From the NCBI GenBank assembly GCA_002269645.1, contig NIVC01001723.1, positions 1 through 64,000 of the forward strand: a stretch of 64,000 nucleotides of DNA, read 5' to 3'. Numbering within the stretch: position 1 is the stretch's first letter; each line of letters opens with the position of its first letter. The position numbers and the translations under genes are program-made. This document shows positions 56,954 through 64,000 of this stretch, piece by piece. Origin of the DNA: Macrostomum lignano. Its lineage: Eukaryota. The notes beneath the pieces are model-generated. The model ran no database searches. It was not told the origin of the DNA and worked only from the letters and a program-made list of their open reading frames with translations.

Positions 56954-57616
56954 GTTGCCGCAGAGCACAGCATGGTATCGAGGCTTGCAAAATCGATTTA
57001 TCCATAGAAGAAGCTTACAGTACAAGACAAAACAAAGTAAACTAAATCATTATTTTAACAGCTTTCTAAGCAAGCATTTTAGTTACAATCTGCGTTCAAT
57101 TCCGTGCTGTGTCAATGCGAGGGACAAACAAAAAGCGGCTGCTGCATGGCAGATAACTTTTGTTAGTACTGTGCTTCTTATCTTCTCTTTTTTTCTGGAA
57201 GCTTCTAAAAATATTTAGAGGCACTGTTAGTAGAAAGCTAAGCACTGAAGCCCCAGTCTACATTACACGCTTAAAATTTTCTTCTGAAATTTTCTGAAAA
57301 AGTTGAGCTAAAAGAGAGCTCTCGCGTAACAACATTGTGTCAACAGGCGCCAACGCAAACAGAGACGGCGAGAGTAAATGCTCTTTTACAACGCTGGCGG
57401 TTGCTAGCGGCGTCTTCACAACTGCTATATGAGCACTTGTTGTAACAGACCTCAGCAAGCTTTTTAAGGGCAAACAGGGCTCTCTAAGAGGCAGCCTTTT
57501 TCCTGAGAAATTCAATATGTTTTACTCGCTTTGTTTAACAGTCTAGCTAACACTGTTGTGCTTGGACGATCCTCTATCATGTAGTAAGGCCTACATGTAG
57601 CTATGGAAACCCCGTT

Positions 57617-58302
57617 TGCTAGCCGGATGCGTTGCTAGCCGGATGTCTATTCAGATGTGTTGCTATCCATATATGTTCCTAACCGTATGTGTTGCTAGCC
57701 GGATGTGTTGCTAGCCGGATGTCTATCCAGACGTGTTGTTATCCAGATATGTTGCTAACCGTATGTGTTGCTAGCCGGATGTCTATCCAGACATGTTGTT
57801 ATCCAGATATGTTGCTATCCAGATGTGTTGCTAGCCGGATGTGTTGCTAACCGTATGTGTTGCTAGCCGGATATGTTGCTAACCGTATGTGTTGCTAGCC
57901 GGATGTGTTGCTAGCTGGATGTGTTGCTATCCATATGTGTTGCTAGCCGGATGTGTTGCTATCCATATGTGTTGCTAACTGTATGTGTTGCTAGCCGGAT
58001 GTGTTGCTAGCCGGATGTGTTGCTAGCCGGATGTGTTGCTAGCCGGATGTGTTGCTAGCCGGATGTGTTGCTAGCCGGATGTGTTGCTAGCCGGATGTGT
58101 TGCTAGCCCTATGTGTTGCTAGCCAAATGTGTTGCTAGCCAAATGTGTTGCTAGCCGGATGTGTTGCTAGCCGGATGTGTTGCTAGCCCTATGTGTTGCT
58201 AGCCAAATGTGTTGCTAGCCAAATGTGTTGCTAGCCGGATGTGTTGCTAGCCGGATGTGTTGCTAGCTGGATGTGTTGCTAGCCGGATGTGTTGCTAGCC
58301 GC
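57617..58302. repeat. 16-bp minisatellite GTGTTGCTAGCCGGAT
   Basis: Tandem periodicity. Confidence 0.95.
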
Positions 58303-58599
58303 ATGTGTGCTATGTGGTGCCGAATGGCGCTATAAAGTTGAAGTTGCAGACTTGTTTGCCACGTGCATCACAAAATGCTCTCCCCATACACGGTTTTGGC
58401 CATAGACAATTATCAAAGCATGGGTTAGAACTCTTTAACTCCCGAAATCTACGAGTACACACCATGGAGGAAAGAATAGAATGGAGTGCTAATCTGAGCC
58501 AGTTATTTTTGTCTCACTCGATCTTCACTTTTAATATCCCTTTCCCCCCTTCTTTCCTATTGGCTCGTGACTGCCATTTTGTTTTCGCTCCCCTCTGAA

Positions 58600-59160
58600 A
58601 GTCACCAACCCTAGGGGCGCCAGCACCATGGTCACCAACCCTAGGGGCGCCAGCACCATGGTCACCATCCCTAGGGGTGCCAGCACCATGGTCACCATCC
58701 CTAGGGGTGCCAGCACCATGGGCACCAACCCTAGGGGCGCCAGCACCATGGTCACCAACCCTAGGGGCGCCAGCACCATGGTCACCAACCCTAGGGGCGC
58801 CAGCACCATAGTCACCAACCCTAGGGGCGCCAGCACCATGGTCACCAACCCTAGGGGCGCCAGCACCATGGCCACCAACCCTAGGGGCGCCAGCACCATG
58901 GTCACCAACCCTAGGGGTGCCAGCACCATGGTCACCAACCCTAGGGGCGCCAGCACCATGGTCACCAACCCTAGGGGCGCCAGCACCATAGTCACCAACC
59001 CTAGGGGCGCCAACACCACGGTCACCAACCCTAGGGGCGGCAGCACCATGGGCACCAACCCTAGGGGCGCCAGCACCATAGTCACCATCCCTAGGGGTGC
59101 CAACACCATGGTCACCAACCCTAGGGGCGCCAGCACCATAGTCAACAACCCTAGGGGTGA
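58600..59160. repeat. 30-bp minisatellite GGTCACCAACCCTAGGGGCGCCAGCACCAT, about 18 copies
   Basis: Tandem periodicity; open in several frames. Confidence 0.95.
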
Positions 59161-60284
59161 CACACACACTGAGCAAAATGTTTAAGTTTCCACACTCCGA
59201 AACACTCTCAAATCTCAGCCCTAAGTTGACGCAATTGGCATCACATCCGCGGTTTCTTGTCTCAACTGCGGGCGATGTTATTTGCGTCACAATGTCCCAG
59301 TTTAGGCTGGTGAGGATAGAGAGGAGAGCTATGGCTATGAGTTGGATTGAAGTTGTCTGCACTTTTCTGCTGTGGAAACTTTAACATGTAGCTGAGTGTT
59401 CTTTTTCTGGAATTTGGGGGGGGGCGACCCCCAATGTCCCCTCCATGTGATGGCTAAAATTTTGCTGTTGATGTGATGCGAGCAGTCACTCACAGACTGC
59501 ACATAGGCCAGGTGATGAGCAGTGAGACAGAAAGCTAGATCGCAGTCTCTCAGTGGACACATTGTACACCCTATTGAACTGATCGTGAATAATGATGCTC
59601 AAATCAATGTCTAGTTTACTCCCTTCCATTAACGTTGTGTGTTGACTTTGGGGAGGGGGTGAGGGGAGGGGGTGAGGGGAGGGGGTGGGTTAATTTGAGT
59701 ACTTGGATGTGATTGGCTGGGACTTGCGTATCTATGCCGGCCCACCTAGAATGATGTGCGCATAAATAACCTTCTGAATGTGTTCGATTTTGCGAGCTAT
59801 CTAAATTGAAATTCGAATTAATATTAATTACCTATATAGTTTTCAGGAATAGTTCTCAACTCATTTTTGGACTGCTAAATTGGTAAGTTTAAAACTTGAA
59901 GCTGCATCTCTATAAAGAGTTTTAATTATCTTCCAGACGATTTCGAGTTTTCGAGTTCAAGTTTGTTTCAAGTTTAAGTTATTTTAGTAGCAAAAACAGA
60001 GACAATTGTAAATAATATACGCATGCTCAGTAGTATAGAACGAAACTCTTCCGGCAAATTTTCACTTTCTGTAATTCATCAGTGGCGCTATATTATGTTA
60101 ATTTTTTATTCTACTTACAATAGCATATGTCCTGTGCCTAAATGGTTTTAAAAGCTGACTGTGTAGCAGTCTGTGTAACAGAGATGATTAAATAGATTCA
60201 TAGAGCCAATGATGAGTCGAGCTGTGCCATGCATTTTTATGAATTTTAGGTTCAGGAATTGTATGGAAAATAAAAAAATTAACA

Positions 60285-60334
60285 TAGGGTTAGGGTTAGG
60301 GTTAGGGTTAGAATTAGGGTTAGGCTAGGGTTAG
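60285..60334 (+). repeat. Short interstitial telomere-like (TTAGGG)n tract
   Basis: TAGGGTTAGGGTTAGGGTTAGGGTTAGAATTAGGGTTAGGCTAGGGTTAG. Confidence 0.8.
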
Positions 60335-61122
60335 AAAGTAGACAGATTTTTTAAGATTTCAAGGCTTATGGGGGCATCGCTGAGATGTCAAGGGGGGAGT
60401 TGATATGTTAAGGCTTGTGGGGGGGAATTGCTGACATGTCAAGGCTTACAAGGGACTGCTGGGGTAAAATGCAACTTGTACTGCATTTTTTGGCACCCCA
60501 ACGGGGGGCACTGATTGCTAGTTTTTGTGCTGAAAATGAAAACTTCCTGTCTCCGTAGTGTCTTTTTCAGCTGAACAGTTCTAAGAAACTTATTTTCGCG
60601 TCTTTCTACTTGAGCAGTCCTTGGACTAGAATAGCACATGTTTTATAGCAGTTTGCAGCGTTGTGTCAATAACTAAAGTAATCTTTTTTGATGTTGCTAA
60701 CAAATATAAAAATTAACATTACCCGACAAGATTAGAAAAGACTCACTGTATGAGGGTTAATAGGGTGTGAGGAGCATAGTATATATTTAAGTTAATGTTT
60801 CTGTACATGTCAATCATTTTTACAGAAACAGATCAGTTATTACAATAAATTGGAGGGCATAGTTTGTTCATCAACATACTGGAGCATCATTTTTTTCTTT
60901 AACCAGCTAGATAAGTTAAAAATTCGATTTTAACAGATGAAATGCTTGCATGAGATTTGTGTCTACTCTGAGGTTTGGGAGACAATTTGTCAGAAAAAAT
61001 CCGTTTACTTTGAAAGCGTCGTTAGAAACCACGAGGACGAGCAGAACAGAGGCTGTAAAAGTTCAATCTGAAAAGGCTTGAACAGTCCTTGCGTGTAACC
61101 GTTGGCCCGTATTGTAAGACGT

Positions 61123-62184
61123 CTACCATCTACCCACGTAGGGTGGGTTGCTGCGCCCGTCGCTCACAGAGAAGGTCGCCGGCCTAGCGTAGCCAGGCCG
61201 TGTTGAGCTCGCCGCTGCTCCACCGCCTCTCGGATGCCAGCTGAGGGGCGAAACTTTGCCCGAGTTGGTTGACCGAAGCCCCAGACTGCTGCTCACGCTG
61301 CTCATTGGTCGGTAGCGACCTGCAGGCACCAGCCGCTTCTTGAATAGGTAAGCCGACAGGAATATCGAGACTGAGTGAACCACAAGCATGACTATGCTCG
61401 CCGCCAGAATGACGCTGAAGTAAACGTACACGTAACTCTTCATTGGCTCCTGGCAACTGTTGCTGTGGTAGTCAACACCGGTGACTGGGCACTGTTTGTT
61501 GCCAACGTAGCTCTCATAGTTGGCAAAGTCCTGCTTGGCTGTGATGCTCTTGTCGGAGAATTTGCAGCAGCTAACTGGGAACATGTAGTCGACGCCTGAG
61601 TAGGTCACCCCATCGGCTTTGTAGTGCCGGTACTGATTGTGCCACAGCGATGCGTACGTGCCGTAGCTTGTAGTGAAGTCCGACGGTCCGTTGTAGCCGC
61701 AGCACTCCAGCTGGATTTGCATCACATCCCAGATGATGCTGTTGGGATAGTCTGAGCCCTCGCTAATGCCTCTGTACTCGCTCTGCAGAGTGGACTTCAT
61801 GTAGGTTGGCAGTTCGGTCTCTACGGTTCTCCACATGCCCATCGGTACGATGGCCAGCACGATCTCTAGCACAATGGCTATCGCTGTGAATACCATGTAG
61901 GCTACGAGCAGGGCCTTGCCACCGCGGAGCACGTGGAGCAGGCCCAGGCCAAAACTGATCGTGGCCACCAAGCCCAGGCCGATGGGCATGTAGGAGGAGA
62001 CTCGCAGCGAAACAGTCAACGCGCCGTAGTCCGTGATGACGATCTTGTTGAGCCAGAAGGACAGCAAAGACGCGTCGGCGAGAATCCAAACTCCCAGGCT
62101 GATGATGCCGACGCTGAAGATCAGCGATGCTGTAATCGCGCCAATGAACAGAAAGCGAATGGCGGCATAATCAACTTCCCCCAT
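61123..62184 (-). CDS. Tetraspanin-family protein (four TM helices, CCG motif), single coding exon
   Basis: ATG at 62184; hydrophobic TM1-3; large loop WDVMQIQLECCG...PVSCC...C...C; TM4. Acceptor CTAAC...TGCAG| at 62221 upstream. Confidence 0.85.
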   Translation of the reverse strand: MGEVDYAAIRFLFIGAITASLIFSVGIISLGVWILADASLLSFWLNKIVITDYGALTVSLRVSSYMPIGLGLVATISFGLGLLHVLRGGKALLVAYMVFTAIAIVLEIVLAIVPMGMWRTVETELPTYMKSTLQSEYRGISEGSDYPNSIIWDVMQIQLECCGYNGPSDFTTSYGTYASLWHNQYRHYKADGVTYSGVDYMFPVSCCKFSDKSITAKQDFANYESYVGNKQCPVTGVDYHSNSCQEPMKSYVYVYFSVILAASIVMLVVHSVSIFLSAYLFKKRLVPAGRYRPMSSVSSSLGLRSTNSGKVSPLSWHPRGGGAAASSTRPGYARPATFSVSDGRSNPPYVGRW

Positions 62185-62241
62185 CGCGATGGGCCTGTCG
62201 TTCTGGTGCCGCTGTTTTGCCTGCAATCGTTAGGTTTAGAA

Positions 62242-62627
62242 CAGGGGTCGCAAAAAATTTTTCCCTTAAGGGCCAGATAGACAATTCAGCTCATTTCTGC
62301 GGGCCAGATGAGAATGGAGAATAGAAGATGAGAGATGAGAGAAGCGAGGACAAGCGATAGATGGGATGAGAGGGCAAATAAAAGGAGAGAAGAGGAGAGA
62401 GGGAAGAGGAGAGAGAGGGAGAAGGGAGAGAAGAGATCCGAGAGCGGAGAGCGGAGAGAGAGAAGAAGAGGAGAGAGGACAGAGAGGTTAGGAGGGGGAG
62501 AGGAGAAGAGAGAGAAGAGAGAGAAGAGAAAGAGTTGAGCAGACACAAATCTTGAGCTGCCGGGATTGCTATTTTGAAGTTTCAAAGAACCCGAGGGCTT
62601 CGAGGGCCGCATGTTAGCCGACTCCCG
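62242..62627. mobile_element. hAT MITE with GA-rich core (same family as 6148-6413)
   Basis: CAGGGGTCGC...GCCGACTCCCG ends; TSD GTTTAGAA / GCTTAGAA (7/8 match); shared internal AAGGGCCA.ATAGA and GACACAA..CTTGAGC segments. Confidence 0.8.
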
Positions 62628-63884
62628 GCTTAGAAGAAGTTCCTCAACAATTCAGGCGCCATTCAATGAGTTTTTTACGAGCTATTTTAGATTCCAGAAA
62701 TTTTTGGTGCATATGAAAGTTCAAAGTTGTAAAACAGGCCTCAATTATGCTACCTGTTGGGAGAGGGGCAGAGCGACTACTGGCTTGTCGTGAAATCCTA
62801 TGAGTTAAATCATCTCCAAGCACCAGTTCCACGATTTTAGCTGTCAATCAGCCCAGAGAATTAATCTTAATGCAATTTTGCATACCTGATATTAATATTA
62901 TCCGAATTGCTGATGACGCGGATAGAGTCTGCTTACGTTCAAATTGGTCAAGTTAATATATTGTTTTACAAAATTTTGCAGTTTGAGTGATGCATATGCG
63001 TATGTGTTTTTTCTCTTTTAACTAGTCTCTCAGCCTCTTGATTAGTGTGAGTAGCTCTTCTCTCTCTGTTTTTGTACTCTGTTTACCTTCACTCCCAGTT
63101 TATTTTTTCTCTGATAACTAGGGGGGGGGGGTAGATGCCCACCTGCGCCCCCCACCTCCACCAGACTAGCCGTATAGGCTATTGTAATGGCCCGGTCGGT
63201 GCTTCTATAGCTATATCACTCCGGCTAAAGGTAGAGAATAAAATTTCAATTTCCTTTAGTTAGGGCCGCTAAGGTTGCTTAAACCAACCAACGGTCAGAC
63301 AGGTCTTCTCAGTTGGCTAGGTATAGCTTTAACTGAATCTATTATTATTGCTTTGAAAAGACTGGCAGAGAAGGTGCGACAATTTAACAGCCAGCTGAAA
63401 TGTGAGAAACGCGTCAGCCCTCGGTTGCATGCGCTGTGCTGAGAGTGCTCAGTCTGAGTGCAATTAGCTGGCTCGGGCTAATGGAAGGCGTGAATTTCTC
63501 ACCCGATCTGCTGCTGGGGGCATCGCCGAAGCAGTTGTCCAGTTTGCTTTTAGATTTGCCTGACAAAATTCTGGGACGATCTTTGAGTCTTTAGTAGCCA
63601 TTATTAATTAAATGAGCCTTTTCGAACAATGCCGCCATTTCTAAGAGAGTGCAGATTTTAACTATACTTTGGCAATCTAAAGGTGCAAAATTGTCAAGTC
63701 ATAGATGCCGCCGAAATGCCCTTTTTTGAGTGAATCATACCACCATAGCAGGATTCAGCTCAACCGTATCTTTTGCTTCTAATTTAAAAAAATAACTACT
63801 GTACTTTCTACTTAACGCATTATTGCAAGGAAAAAATGTCAACGGGCACGATTTAACGCGAAATATGGACTTTATGGGGGTATC

Positions 63885-64000
63885 GGAGTGAGGTGGGTGG
63901 GCCGCGTAGTGAGGTGGCTGGGCAGCGTAGTGGGGTGGCTGGGCAGCGTAGTGAGGTGGGTGGGCAGCGTAGTGAGGTGGGTGGGCAGCGTAGTGAGGTG
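63885..64000. repeat. ~21-bp G-rich repeat GTGAGGTGGGTGGGCAGCGTA running off the window
   Basis: Direct reading. Confidence 0.85.

Overview
Repeat-rich eukaryotic (invertebrate animal) genomic DNA with spliceosomal introns; no rRNA or CRISPR. The GC-rich poly-Gly/Ala exons, dense minisatellites and TTAGGG repeats fit a free-living flatworm such as Macrostomum, but that is inference. Host genes: a FREM/FRAS1-type matrix gene (- strand, several apparent frameshifts, runs off the left edge), a spliced Cys-rich secreted peptide precursor missed by the ORF track, hnRNP L-like, CCDC102-like, two tandem GLD-2/TENT2 poly(A) polymerases, PRPF38A, a VGAT/SLC32-like transporter, two near-identical PAN+C-type lectin genes and a tetraspanin. 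Mobile DNA: hAT-type MITEs, three tRNA-derived SINEs, a Bel/Pao 3' fragment, and a decayed, intron-containing tyrosine-recombinase (Crypton-like) element lying antisense in the 7.6-kb intron of the first GLD-2 gene. That element is preceded by intact chromodomain exons, and its catalytic box II is split by a MITE. Best leads: the chromodomain/recombinase element, the hidden macin/defensin-like peptide, an array of RFX X-box motifs inside GLD-2 coding sequence, and sharply bounded sequence homogenisation in both duplicated gene pairs. All alignments and translations were done by eye; no database searches were run.
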